Assembly (NCBI RefSeq): GCF_009914755.1
Contig: NC_060930.1
Length of the DNA: 64,000 nucleotides
Direction: 5' to 3' (one strand)
Origin: the human T2T-CHM13v2.0 reference genome, Homo sapiens
Shown: one piece after another, positions 13,718 to 27,764 of the stretch
Numbering within the stretch: the stretch's first letter is position 1
Layout of the letters: each line of letters starts with the position of its first letter
The notes under the pieces: generated by a model
The model's input: the letters and a program-made list of their open reading frames with translations, nothing else
The model's database searches: none
Told to the model about the DNA's origin: nothing
Made by a program: the position numbers and the translations under genes

Positions 13718-16700
13718 AGCATACTGTCATACTGAGATAATGATCCTTATTAAGCCCCTTGACCCCTACAAGCCCTGTCATTTTTTTTCATGGCATGTTT
13801 ATGGAATAATGTTTTGGGAGATCAAATGAATTATATATTTGCAAGTTCTAATATAATAAAATCGCAAATAATCATATCTTATTGTTTGATATTACTATCA
13901 TAATTATCATCATGTTCGTGTAACATACATTTGACAAAAAATAAATGCATATTTTCTGGGTAATTTTAAATGGAAATAATTAATATTAATTTTGTTGAAG
14001 AACTTTATGAGACCCTTTTCAGTAATTTAGAAATACTCCTAATTCTGTGAAAATTAATGTATATTTTTAAGAACCTATTATGTATAAAAAGCTAGATTGG
14101 GTGTTGTGCATGATACAATTGTAAACAAAACGTATTCCAGTTTTTAAGACAATTGTTTCCAGTAACAGTAATATACCAAATTGAATATGGATGGTTCCTT
14201 AAAGATAACTCTACATGAAGTGTGGTTGTAGCCCATGAGAGTTTGTAGAAAGTCATGATTGTAACTGTTTTGTGCAGAGTGAGAAGATAAGAAAATACAT
14301 TTTGAGAAGGTAATTGAAAAGGAGAGAAATGGGAGGAAATGAGACCTATGTAAGAAAATTCATAGTGTGAGTTTGAGTGAGAAGTAATTAGGTCCTGAAA
14401 TAAAGTAAAATTTGAAAACTGGATAAAGGAAAGATAAATGACATAAATATTTAAATGCAGGGTTTGCAAGCTGTTAGAATATTCTTTTCCTGCCACCTTC
14501 ACTTTGTGACAGTACTCATTCTACCTTGCATCATCAGCAATAATAGTTGTATTCTTCTTTTGATCCTGTATTTATGGAGGTGGCAATACTACATTTTGTT
14601 TTCCTCCCACCAAATAGCATGAGAACAATTACATAAACCATTTGTATTAAGCTTGAAGAATTGAATTGCATTGAAACAATGCAATTGTTGAAACAGATGG
14701 AATCAAAAATTTTCATATTAGATGATAGTGGTGGAGGAAAGTAAAAAAGGGTAATGCCATTTATATAAATACAAATTGCAAAAAAGAAAGTTTTCTTAGG
14801 AAAGAGGTTTAATTCACTCTGGGCTGGGTCTAGTTTAAGAGGCTGGGATTAAGTAGATGGCAATGTTAAATAAATTATTGGACATTTTATTGTCCCTTAG
14901 GGGAATACCTCTATCCTTCCTAAATGTAGGAAAAAATCTCCCTACATTTGAAGTATAAGTAAGGGAAAGGGGTTCCATTAACACATTATTATTCTAGTTT
15001 TTAAACTGATGGTCTTACCAAGGTGAAGTTGATAAGAAAAGGCAATGGTAGAATATTAAGAAAATCAAAAGTTAGAAGGCAGGGAAAAGGAAAAACAACA
15101 ACAACAACAACAAAATTTTAAAGTAGATTAGAAAGGTGGAACCAGAAAAGTAAAGTGTTTTATGCCAAGGAGATGGGCAGATGTCATGAAGTCTAGCTAA
15201 AGAATGTGAGGAAACCATTGGTCTGTGACTTTAAAGCTTCAGTGTACAAATAGAAAGGAACAACTTGAAAGGTCAAGATAGAAAAAGACAAGAAAGAGAA
15301 AGCATGCTTTTTAGAAAGAGGACTTGGAAGACACAAAACAGCACATGACCAGGCAACAGAACAGAGAGGGTAAAAACAGAATGGAGTAGTTTTGAGAATT
15401 TACAAGATAGGCATAAGCTGTTTGATGGAACCAATTTTAATGGCTTCAGCAAAGTTGAAAGCAATGTCGCCTGATGACAGAGAACTAGTAACAAAGTATT
15501 TCAATGATAAAGAAAAGTAAAAAATATTTTATATGGACACACCAAGAGGTAAGCACAAATTACAATTAACAAAGAAGACTCGTGTGACCCATCATTAATA
15601 ATAAACTCTGGGAATTTAAAGAATTGAATTCTAGAAGGAATTTTGCCTCTAAAACATGAGATGCTAACACTAAGTGAACAATTTAAGGCTTCACTTTTGT
15701 CTTTTCCAACTGTAAAATATTTTCTAACAGTATTTATCTGATCGAAATAATTTTATGATTCCTAATGAATCCATAGCAAACTCCTAGTGAATCATAGTGA
15801 CTCTCACTGAAAGTGAGTGCTTCAGGACTTTGAAAAATAATAGTTACTATACAGCCATTTATAACCAGAACCATGCTATTATAATATAAATCTCAAGGAA
15901 AAAACTTCAAAATGTTGTGTTATACATATTTTGTAAATAAATAATATGTAATATACATGTATACACACATGTCCATAGTTAAATTATGTTTAAAGAACAA
16001 ACTTTTTAGTGTCGTTAAGTAACAGAAGAACAGATTTAGATCAAATTACTTAAAATTAACATCAAAAAGTATTATTGGTATAAGTTAATTGAAATAAATT
16101 TGTACAACCAGTTATTTTGAGAATGTATATCTAAGTATTTATTAGATTGTTTTTTATTATGGTTACTAGATGGTTTATGTAGATATGTACTTTATGTTTT
16201 CTGAACACATAAATTGAAAAATAATTGTCAGGTACAACTAATGAATCCTTTTGATTTTGCATTTTGTGGTTCTGTATCACAGACTTACTTTTGTTTGCTC
16301 CATTTTGAATGGTGCCTTACTTTATTATTATTACAATGATTATTTCTTGTTGGGCTTTTATATAAATTTCAAGTTTATTCAGTTTCTACTTCTAGTTGTT
16401 TAAATTTAAGAGATTATTTGCATTTCCTGAAACTATAGCTCTTTAATTCTGTAACATTACTTGTCCTGGATTATTAAAATGCAGGTTCATATGACTTCCG
16501 TTAAGGTTCTTCATGCATCTCCACTTCTCTCTCTGTGAAATACCTTCAACAGAAACTGTTAAAAAGGAAGAACTTCTCTTTCCCCAAGTGGCTGCAGTAA
16601 AGGGAAGTAATAGACTGACAAGGCTTTTAGATGTAAGAAAATGTCTTCTGGATTAATTACTCCCTAAAACTTTATATACAAAAAGTCTTTGATACTCTAA

Positions 16701-17351
16701 GTTTCCTTATCAAACTAATGAGTTTACTCTTGCCTATACCTGTTTCCCCATCCTTGATTTTACTTTTCCAAACTCTTACGGTGTAAACTGCCTAATTTTG
16801 CTATGTATGAGATACATGGACACACTCAACAACTATACTATATTAGGTAGAAAATCATATTATTGTGTGTGAGATGCATGGTAAATTGAGTGTATGCAGT
16901 CTTCTGGGAAAAACCATTAATAAGTATTACCTTGTTAAAAGATTTTAGAAACCATGAAATACAAAAGCAGGGCATGTGAATGTATTTATGCTTTTAATGC
17001 TTGAGTGCAATATGTAACTACAGCTTTATGAAAACTTAAGCAACATGTATATATATACATATATAAATAATAAACTTTATTTTAGAGCATTTTAAAGTTC
17101 ACAGCAATATTGAACAGAAAGTAGAGAAAGTTACAGTATACTCACCAGTCAACACACATGCGCAATCTCTCCCACTATCAATATGCTGCACCAGAATGGT
17201 TATATTTGTTACTATTGATGGACTTAACACTGGCACATGATTATCACCCAATGTCCATAGTTTATATTGTTTCACTCTTGATATTGTATTTTTTGGGTTT
17301 TGAAAAATGTCTAATGATATTTATCTACCATTATAGTGTAATGCAAAATAA

Positions 17352-17731
<380 letters not shown>

Positions 17732-18609
17732 CCCTCCCTTCTTCTTAACCCATAACAATCACTTTTTTTTTTTTAATGACTCCATAGTTTTGCCTTTTCC
17801 AGAATATCATACAGTTAGAATTATACAGTAAGTAGTCTTTCAAGACTGGCTTCTTGCACTGAGTAATATTAATTTTATTTTCTTTCATGTGTTTTCTTTC
17901 TTGGGTAGAGAGTTCATTTCTTTTTAATAAATAGTACTTATTCCATTGAGTTGGTGTACCTCAGTTTATTTATCCACCCATCTCATGAAAAACATCTTGG
18001 TGGCTTTTAAATCTTGGCAATTATGAATAAAGCTGCTGTAAACATTCATGAATAGGATTTTGAGTGAACCTAAGTTTTCAACTCGTTAGGGTGAATATCA
18101 AGAAACATGATTGCTGGATTATATGAGAAGAGTAAGTTTGATTTTATAAGAAACTGTCAAGCTGCCTGCTAAAGTGTCTTCTAAAATGGCACCATTTTGC
18201 ATTCCCACTAGCAATGAGTGAGAGTTCTTGTTGTTCCAGATTCTTACTAATGTTAGATGTTGTCAGTGTTCTGGATGTTAGCCATTTTAATAGGTATGTG
18301 GTGGAATCTTAATGTTGTTTTAGTGTGCAATTCCTTAATGATATATGATGCTAAAAAATTTTCATAAGCTTACTTTCTATCCATAGCTCTTCCTTGGTAA
18401 GGTGTCTGTTTTGATCTCTCCATTTTTAAAATGCGTTGTTCATAAATTTTAAGAGTTCTCTGAATATTTTGGTTAATAGTTCTTTATTGGAAGGTTTTTT
18501 GCAAATATTTTTTTCCCAGTCTGTCATGTCTTCTCATTCTCTTGACATTGTCTTTTGCAGAGCAAGGTTTTAAATTTTAACGAAGTCCAGCCTATGAGTT
18601 ATTTCTTTT

Positions 18610-18937
18610 TTTTTTCTTTCTTTTCCTTTTTTTTTTTTTTTTTTTTTTTTTTGAGGCAGAGTCTCACTCTGTCACCCAGGTTGGAGTGCAGTGGCGCGAT
18701 CTCGGCTCACTGTATGCTCCGCCTCCTGGGTTCACGCCATTCTCCTGCCTCAGCCTCTCCGAGTAGCTGGGACTGCAGGCACCTGCCACCACGCCCGGCT
18801 AATTTTTTTTGTATTTTTACTAGAGACGGGGTTTCACCATGTTAGCCAGGATGGTCTCAATCTCCTGACCTCGTGATCCACCCGCCTTGGCCTCCCAAAG
18901 GGCTGGGATTAACAGGCGTGAGCCACCACGCCAGGCC
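18610..18937 (-). mobile_element. AluY
   Basis: Y diagnostics (ttcacgccattc, gttagccaggatgg, gacctcgtgatc); TSD agttatttctttt at 18597-18609 and 18940-18952. Confidence 0.95.
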
Positions 18938-19790
18938 CAAGTTATTTCTTTTATGGATAATGCTTTTGGTGTTATATCTAAAAAGTCATCCCCATACCCA
19001 AAGTTACCTAGATTTTCTCCATTGCTATCTTCTATAATTTGTATAGGTTAGTATTTTATATTTCACTCTATGATCCATTTTGTATTATTTTTTGTGAAAC
19101 GTGTAAGGTCTGTGTCTAGATTCATTTTTCTTTTTTTAAAGTTTTTCTAGCACTATTTGCTCCTTTGTATTGCCTTTTTTCCTCCGTCAAAGATTAGGTG
19201 ACTATATTTATGTTGGCATACTTCTGGTCTATTTATTTTGTTCTATTGATCAACTTATCTATTTTTTCACCAATACCACACTATGTTGATCACTGTAACT
19301 TTACAGTAAGTCTTGACACTGGGTAGTGTCAGCCCTCTTACTTTGTTCTTCCCTTTTTTTATTTGAATTGAGTATTATGGGCCTTTTGCCTCTCCATATA
19401 AACTTTAGGATCAGTTTGCCACAATGCATATAATAATTTGCTAAGATTTTGGTTAGAATTGTGTTGACTTTATAGATAAAGTTGAAAAAAACTGACACCT
19501 TCACAATATTGAGTCTTCCTATCCATGAACATGAATGTCTCCCCATTTATTTGATTCTTTTTTTTGAAATCATTCATCAGAGTATTATACTTTTTCTCAA
19601 ATAGACCTTGTGCATATTTTGTGAGATTTATACCTAAGTATTTCATTTTGGAGGGTCCTAATGCAAATAGTAATGTGTTTGTTTTTAATTTCAAATTACA
19701 TTTGCTGCTATATAGGAAAGTAACTATCATTTGTATATTAACTTTGAATCCTAAAACCTTGTTCTAATTGTTTATTGGTTCCAAGAGGGG

Positions 19791-22513
19791 GTTGTAGGTA
19801 TGTGGCCTTATTTCTGGATTCTCTGTTCTGTTCCATTGGTCTATGTGTCTGTTTGTGTACCAGTACCACCCTGTTTTGGTTACTGTAGCCTTGTAGTATA
19901 GTTTGAAGTCAGTAATGTAATACCTCTAGCTTTGCTCTTTTTGCTTAGGAGTGCCTTGACTATTCAAGCTCTTTTTGGTTCCATGTGAATTTTAAATTTT
20001 GTTTTTTTCTAGTTCTGTGAAGAATGTTATTAGTAGCTTGATCAGAAGAGCATGAATCTGTAAATTGCTCTGGGCATTATAGCCACTTTAATGATATTGA
20101 TTTTTCCTATCTATGAGTATAGAATGTTTCTTTATTTGTTTGTGTCATCTTTGATTTCTTTGAGGAGTGTTTTGAAATTCTCACGGTAAAGATCTTTTAC
20201 CTCCCTGATTTGCTGTATTTCTAAATATTTTATTCCTTTTGTGGCAGTTGTGAATGGGATTGCATTCCTAATCTGGTTCTTACCTTGGCTGTTGCTTGTG
20301 TATAGGAATGCTAGTTATTTTCATATGTTGTTTTTGTAACTGAAACCTTGCTGAGGTTGTTTACCAACTTATTGAGCTTTTGGGCTGAGAATGCAGAGCT
20401 TTCTAGATATAGAATCATGTCATCTACAAACAGGGATACTTTTAATCCCTCTCTTTCTACTTGGGTGTCGTTTATTTTTTTCTCATGCCACATTGCTCTT
20501 GTCACGACTTTCAATACTATTTTGAATAGGAGTGGTGAGAGAGGGCGTCCTTGCCTTGAGCCAGTTTTCAAGGGGAATGCTTCCAGCTTTTTCCTATTTA
20601 GTATGATGTTGGCTGTGGGTTTGTTAGATAGCTCTTATTATTTTAAGGTATGTTGCTTCAATATCTAATTTGTTGAGAGTTTTTAACATGAAAAGATGTT
20701 GAATATTATTGAAGCCTTTTCTGCATCTATTAAGATAATCATGTGGTTTTGTCTTTAGTTATTTTTATATGATGAATCACATTAGTTGATTTGTGTATGC
20801 TGAACCAACCTTGAATCCCAGGGAAAATGCCTACTTGATTGTGGTGGATTTGTTTTTGATGTGCTGCTAGATTCAATTTACTAGTATTTTGTTGAGGATT
20901 TTGCATCAGTGTTCATCAAGGATATTGTCCTAAAGTTTTCTTTTTTTGTTGTACCTCTGCCAGGTTTTGGTATCAGAATGATGTCAGCCTCATAGAATAA
21001 GGTAGGGAGGAGCGCTTCCTCCTCAATTTTTTGAAATAGTTTCAGTAGGAATGGCACCAGCTCTTCTTTGTACATCTAGTAGAATTTGGTTATGATTCTC
21101 TCTGGTCCTGGGCTTGTTTTTTGGTTGACAGGCTACTTATTACTGATTAAATTTTGGAGTTCATTATTGTTCTTTTCAGGGAATTAATTTATTCCTGGTT
21201 TAGTTTTTGGAGGTTGTATGTGTCCAGTAATTTATTCATTAATTTACCAATTTCTTCTAGATTTTCACATGTGTGTGCAAGGAGGTGTTCATAATAGTCT
21301 TTGATGGTTATTTGTATTCCTGTGGGGTCAGTGGTAATAATCCCTTCATTATTTCTCATTGTGGCTATTTGGATCATCTCTCCTTCTTCTTTATTAGTCT
21401 AGCTAGTGGTCTATGTATTAATTTTTTTTTCAAAAAACCCACTCCTGCCTTCACTGATCTTTTGAATAGGTTTTCATATCTCAGTTTCTTTCAGTGCAGG
21501 TCTGATTTCGGTTATTTCTTGTCTTTTCCTAGCTTTTGTGCTTGGTTTGTTCTTGCTTCTCTAGTTCTTTTAATTGTGATGTTAGGTTGTTAAATTGAGT
21601 TCTTTCTAACATTTTGATGTGGGCATTTAGTGCTATAAATGTGTCCCAGAAATTCTGTGTCCCAGAAATTCTGGCATGTTATATCTTTGTTCTCATTCAT
21701 TTCAAAGAACTTCTTGATTTCTGCCTTAGTTTCATTATTTACTGCAAAGTCATTCAGGAGCATGTTGTTTCATTTCCATCTAATTGTATGGTTTTGAGCA
21801 ATTTTCTTAGTCTTGAATTCTATTTTATTGTGCTGTGGTCCCTGAGAGTGGTTGGTATGACAGGGGGTTCTTTTGCATTTGCTGAGGATTGTTTTATATC
21901 TGATTATGTAGTTGATTTTAGAGTATATGACAAGTGTAGAAGAGAAGAATGTATATTCTGTTGTTTTGGGGTGGAGAGTTCTTTAGATGTCTATCAGATC
22001 CATTTGGTCAACTGCTGAATATCTTTCAAGTCCTGAATATCTTTGTTAATTTTCTGACTCAATGATCTGTCTAATGCTATCAGTGAGGTGTTGAAGTTTC
22101 CCACTATTATTTTGTGGGAATCTAAGTCTCTTTGAATGTCTCCAAAAACTTGATTTAGGAATCTGGGTGCTCCTATGTTGGGTGCATGTATATTTATTAT
22201 AGTTAGTTCTTCTTGTTTAATTGAACCCTTTACTATTATTTAATGCCCTTCTTTTTTTTTTATCTTTGTTGATTTAGCGTCTGTTTTGTTTGAAATTAGA
22301 ATTATAACCCCTGCATTTTTCTTTGTTTCTCTTGCTTGGTAGATTTTTCTCCATCCCTTTATTTTGAGCCAGTTACTGTGATTGCATGTGAAATGGGTTT
22401 CCTGAAGACAGCATACCATTGGATCTTGCTTCTTTACCCACTTGCCACTCTGTGCCTTTTAACTAAAGGCATTTAGCCCATTTACATTCAAGGTTAGTAT
22501 TGATATGTGTGGA
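19791..22513 (-). mobile_element. Older L1P (L1PA/PB) ORF2 segment, endonuclease through RT, decayed
   Basis: ORFs 20881..21075 ([21 protein letters not shown]) and 20311..20571 ([18 protein letters not shown]) are L1 ORF2 RT motifs; the segment ends at the ORF2 start region. Confidence 0.93.
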
Positions 22514-24283
22514 CACACACAGTCCTACACCAGAGCCCTGCCCTACTGCTAACACTGCTACGAGTACAGATGTGCAAACAGTTGCTATCAGGTCCTTTGC
22601 CCCCCAGATCATACTGCCACTGTTGCTGCGGCCAACACCTGTACAGAGGCCAGCACCCTGGCACCCACTAGCACCCCACAGCAGCTAAATGCATGTACTC
22701 CACCGTGCTGCTGCTGCTACTGCTTCTGGCACATGCAAATGAGTATGGATCCCACTGCCACTGCCCTGCAAAGTGCTTTGGCTGGCACCACCCTTCAGAG
22801 TGTTGTGACCAGTGGTCCAGGAGCACTTCACCGCCTCCAGCACAGCAGGTCCCTAACCTTGAGGAACCAGAAATCAAAGCTATAACCTAATATCAATGGC
22901 TCCCCAATCAGATTTAGAAAATCCAGTCCAGGAGTCCTGATCTGAGCCTTGGCACCCTTAAATCTTCCAGTAATGAAGCCAGTTGACTGAACCCACCTTA
23001 TATCACAATCAAACCCCCAAGGTCATCAAATAGGATAAAAGAAAAAAAATCCAAAGGGCAGCAACTTTAACTACTGAAGGAACATCAGCCCACAAAGATG
23101 AGAAAAAAACAGCACAAGAACTCTGACAACTCAAAAAACTAGAGTGTGTTTCCTCCAAATGACTGCACTAGTTGTCCCACAAGGATTCTTAACTGGGCTG
23201 AGATTGCTGAAATGACAGAAATAGAATTCAGAGAGTGAACAGGAATGAAGATCATCAAGGTTCAGGTAAACATTGAAACCGAATATAAAGAAGCAAAGTC
23301 AACATTATAGATGCGGACAGATAAAATAGCCAGTATAGAAAAAGAATATAACCAATCTGATAAAGCTGAAAAACACACTATAATAATTTTATATTGCATT
23401 TGCAAGTATTAACACCAGAATAGACCATGCTGAGGAAAGAATCTCAGAGCTTGAAGACCGGTTTTCTGAAATAGGAGAGTCAGAAAAGAATTTTAAAAAA
23501 AGAATGAACCATGTCACATGTATACATATGTAACTAACCTGCACATTGTGCACATGTACCCTAAAACTTAAAGTATAATAATAATAATACAAAAAAAATA
23601 AATAAAAAAATTCAAAAAAAATTTTAAAAAAAATGAAAAGGGCCAAACAAAACCTCCAAAAAATATGGGATTAGATAAGGAGACTGAATCTACAACTCAA
23701 TGGTGTCCCTCAAAGAGACGGGGAGAATAAAAGCAACTTGGAAAATATATTTCAAGATATGATCCATGAGAACTTCCCTGATCTAGCTCAAGAGGCCAAC
23801 AATCAAATTCAGGAAATGCAGAGAACTCCCACAAAATATTTCACAAGAAGATTATACTCAAGACACATCATCATCAGATTCTCCAAGGTCAAAATGAAAA
23901 AATAAATGTTAAAAGCAGCTATAGAGAAAGGACAGGTAACCTACAAAGGGAAGCCCATTAGATTAGCAGTGGACACCTCAGCAGAAACTCTATGAGCCAG
24001 AAGAGATTGGGGCCTCATATTCAACATTCTTAAAGAAAAGAACTCCCAACCAAGAGTTCCATATCCAGCTAATCTAAGCTTCGTAAGCAAAGGAAAAATA
24101 AGATCCTTTCCAGACAAGCAAGTTCTGAGGGAATTCATTACCTCTAGACCTGCCTTACAAGAGTTCCCGAAAGAAGCACTAAATATGGAAAGGAAAGACA
24201 ATTGCTAGTCACTACAAAACACACTTGTATATTTAGACCACACAAACAAGTTGGCATAATAAACAACTGAAAACATGATGACA
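22514..24283 (+). mobile_element. Inverted 5' segment (5' UTR, ORF1, ORF2 start) of the same L1P
   Basis: GC-richer 5' UTR, ORF1 motifs (gaggaaagaatctcagagcttgaagac, aaagggaagcccattagattagcag), ending at atgatgaca. Confidence 0.88.
23510..23620 (+). mobile_element. Ultra-short young L1PA (about PA2-4) 3' terminus with A-rich tail
   Basis: catgtcacatgtatacatatgtaactaacctgcacattgtgcacatgtaccctaaaacttaaagtataat plus tail; TSD approx aattttaaaaaaa(g)aatgaa. Confidence 0.9.
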
Positions 24284-24299
24284 ATAAAACCACCACACA

Positions 24300-24513
24300 A
24301 GCAAGGTGGCAGGAGATGGAGAGAGTGAAGGGGGAACTGCCAAACACTTTTAAAACCATCAGGTTTTGTGAGAACTCACTCACTGTCATGAGAACAGCAT
24401 GGTGGAAACTGTCCTTATGATCCCATCACCTCCCCACCAGGTTCCTCCCTTGACATCTTGTGATTACAATTCCAGATGAGACTTGAGTGGGGACATAAAG
24501 CCAAACCATATCA
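24300..24513 (-). mobile_element. MSTA MaLR LTR, half element
   Basis: gagaactcactcactgtcatgagaacagc...ggggacataaagccaaaccatatca. Confidence 0.88.
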
Positions 24514-25860
24514 ATTGCATATGATATTCCTAGGTATAGTTTTTTTGTTTGGTTTGGTTTGTTATCTGTCCTGCTTTGTGTTCTCTGTACTTTCTGGATA
24601 TGTAGTTTGATATCTGACATTAACTTGAGGACAATGCCCAGGCATTATTGCCTCATACACTTTTTCTGCCCCTTTCTGTCTTTCTTCTCCTTTTGCTATT
24701 CTTATTCTGTGTATATTATATATTTTATAGTTTTCCCACAGTTCTTAGATATTTTGTTCTGATATTATTTTCAGTATATTTCTCTCTTTATTTTTCAGTT
24801 TGAGAATTTTCCATTGTTGTATTCTCAAGTTCAGAGATTCTTTCCTCAGGTGTGTCCCGTCTACTACTAAAACCATGAAAGTCTCATTATTCATTTCTTT
24901 ACAATGCCTTTGATCTCTAGCATTTCTTTATTAGAATTTCTATCCCTCTGCTTACATTGTCAATCTCTTTTTGCTTGTTATTTACTTTTTCCATTAAAGG
25001 CCATAGAAAAATAATCATAGTTTTTAGGCGTTCTTGGCCGGATAATTCCAAACTTACTGCCATATCTGACTCTTGTTCTGACAATTGTTCAGTCTCTTCA
25101 AACTTGTGTTTTTGCATTCTAGTATGCCTTGTAACTTTCTGTTGGAAGGCAGACATGAGGTACTAAATGTAACTGTAGTAAATAGGCTATTAATAATGTA
25201 GTGGGAAGATATAAGGGGAGGGTAACTTTTTTCCAGTCCTATTATTAGATCTCAGGCTTTTGGTGAGCTTCTGCTTCTGGTCTACAATCTCGCAGATCCC
25301 TCCTCTGTTTCAGGTGAGGCAGAATGACTGGAAGGAACTGGAATTGTGTATTTCCCTTCTACTCCATGGAAGAATAGACAGAGCTTGAGTTGAGTATTTT
25401 CCTTCTCGCCAAATATGTTAGGCTCTGATATAACACCAGCAATTTAGGCTCTGGTAAAAGAATTTCTCCTGAGGACTGGCCTTGTTAAAAAGGACAGTAA
25501 ATATATGGTGAAGTATTTCAAAATAGGTCCTGCACCATGACTGGGTTCCCCTAGAGTTTATCTTTTAGTTTCCCCCCACTTCTGGCACCCAGCAATTCAT
25601 CAATTAATTATCAGCTTAGGATTTTCCACCTCAGTGTTACTTGTCCCCATTGAGGTTTCTACTCATGGATATCTGCTTCAGTAATTTGTGGTTCTCTATA
25701 TCCACCTATCTGGCTCTCTAATGTTGGGGACAGCAGTTTGCCCTGTGACATCTCTTCTCTAAAAAATCTAAGAAGCATTGTTGACTCTTCAATTTGTTTA
25801 CCTTTTTACTTGGTAAGACATAATAAAGACTTTTGAGCTCCTTAAATGCTGGGCTGGAAG
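24514..25860 (-). mobile_element. L1M (L1MC/MD-type) ORF1 and 5' region, probably the 5' part of the 17-19.8 kb element
   Basis: Antisense ORF1-like sequence; ORFs 24426..24620 and 24917..25156 give ORF1-like fragments. Confidence 0.7.
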
Positions 25861-27287
25861 CAGTATTTTTAAAAATGGCACTGTTGCTAGGAAAGACCAA
25901 TTAAATCTTAATGTTTAATGATTGTAGTAAGAATGCAGCTTGTTTTCTAAAAGTAAGCAACACAAAATATTCTGAGACATGTCATTTTCTTTTGTTTAAA
26001 ATAAATTTTTAAATTATTTTTTTCTGCGAAGGGGTTTGAAATAATAGTTTTGTATTGTGTTTTCAGTTGGCTATATAAACTTTTAAAAATAGATAAAATT
26101 TGACTTGGCTTTATTTAAATAGATTTTTGTTAGTAGCATTTGCTCTGGCAAATCAGTTGGTTATGCTAGCAGTTCTGCTTACTTTTATCAAGTCAAAATG
26201 ATGCATCAGCTGAAATTTAAGGCTAGAGTCAGTCAAACTGCCATCTCAAAACTAGTCTTTAACATCTGGTTTGATACCTTCTTAACATGGTATCTTTTAG
26301 ATGGATGGTGTTACAGGAAAATCCTCATAGCAAAGGCAGCATTCCTGGACATCTGCAGCCTTTTTAGAATCAACAGAAATGCTCTGGTGAAGTAGCTGTG
26401 ACATTTACCTCAGCAAATACTGAAATTATGCTAACTGTAAAATGCACTTCCTCTTCCTACTGCAACTGCTCTTTTGGGAAAATTTACTATCACAATGGCC
26501 CCAGACTAACATTCTTACTCAGATGCTCACATTTTATCCTGAGTGTTCAAACACCTCTCTGCCTTTCCAGAAAGGAATGAAAGGAGTGCAGTTGTTTTTC
26601 ACAGGTGGGCATTTACTCTTCAGCTTTCCTAACTGTATGAGGTACAAGCTTTCTTTGTGTCAATCTGTACATGAGATTTGTGTCAGTCTTTTCAGTTTAT
26701 CACTTTTCAACCAGTTTAGGATTATGAGCTTTACTTTTACACACATACCAACCAAGGCAAAGGAATATTGGGAATCACAGCAAGAGCATTGCTCTCTTCT
26801 AACAAATCATCCTTGACATATCTACTCTTAATCTTTTAAAATCATCTTTATATATCCCTTTTTAAATTAACCATCTAACTGCTTCTAGATCTCCTACTAT
26901 GAAATGTCTAATGGTTGTCTATTTCATATTTACTTAGTGTATTATGCTCATGATTTCTTTGCGCATCAATTGAAATGTCAAATTTATCATCATATTACCC
27001 ATACAGTTGCTAAAAACATTTCAGACAGATGCAGCATTTTTAAAAATATTGTTTTCTGCTATATAAATAAAGATGTTTAGTTAAAAAAGTCCTCTTTAGG
27101 TTAAAAAGACTATATTGTGTAGAAATAATGTAGAGTCCTTACAGGAAGTAAATGACATTCCACAGAGTAAGTATCTCAGGGTCCTGTCTTTGATATGATT
27201 GCTAAGAAAACTCTTAGACCTTTCATTCTGAAATTGTTTTTAGAATACCCTTGCTTATGACATAAGAATTAGTTGCTTTATTTATAG

Positions 27288-27764
27288 TGTTAAAGAAAAA
27301 AAAATCAGTGATACATGTTAAAACATTGTATGGAAGACTTTCTTCAGGACCTTTGCTATAGCTTTAGGGTTCACTGCAATGGGATATTGTAGTAGGGAAG
27401 AGATATTGGGATCAACTCAGAATACATCATGGGCAAGTAGAAATTTATAGCCATGGAGCAGAGTGAGGCTCAGTAGGTGAAAAATTAGTAAAAGGAAACA
27501 TCAGGGTAAGGAGATTCTAGCTAAACCATCCTAAGAAGATTCTGCTGAAGACAGGCCAAGGTGATCAGACATCCCTTGCCGGATGATGAAGAATGAGGAA
27601 CCCAGTGAGCTATTTTGGGTCATTGGACATTAAGAATGGGAGCTTCTTGCTAAACTGACTTAACAGGGTTCTTTGCTAAAACTGGATTTTATAAAGAAGT
27701 TCATAGATGTGCCTAGGTGAAGGTTCGAAAGCCTTGGGAAAGTTTGATCAGAGAATATTTGTCA
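27288..27764 (-). mobile_element. MER31 (ERV1) solo LTR
   Basis: tg...ca termini, perfect 4-bp TSD ATAG (27284-87 and 27765-68), internal ctttgctaaaactggatttt and gctgaagacaggccaaggtgatcagacatc. Confidence 0.88.

Noticed and set aside
21640-21672. 16-bp tandem duplication gtgtcccagaaattct; similar short ones at 3181-3213, 41820-41847 and 43396-43452
   Set aside because: Ordinary slippage; no spacers, so not CRISPR-like.
19301-22018. ORFs with reverse-transcriptase-like motifs
   Set aside because: Fragments of decayed L1 ORF2 with many stops and frameshifts; not a functional or novel RT system.
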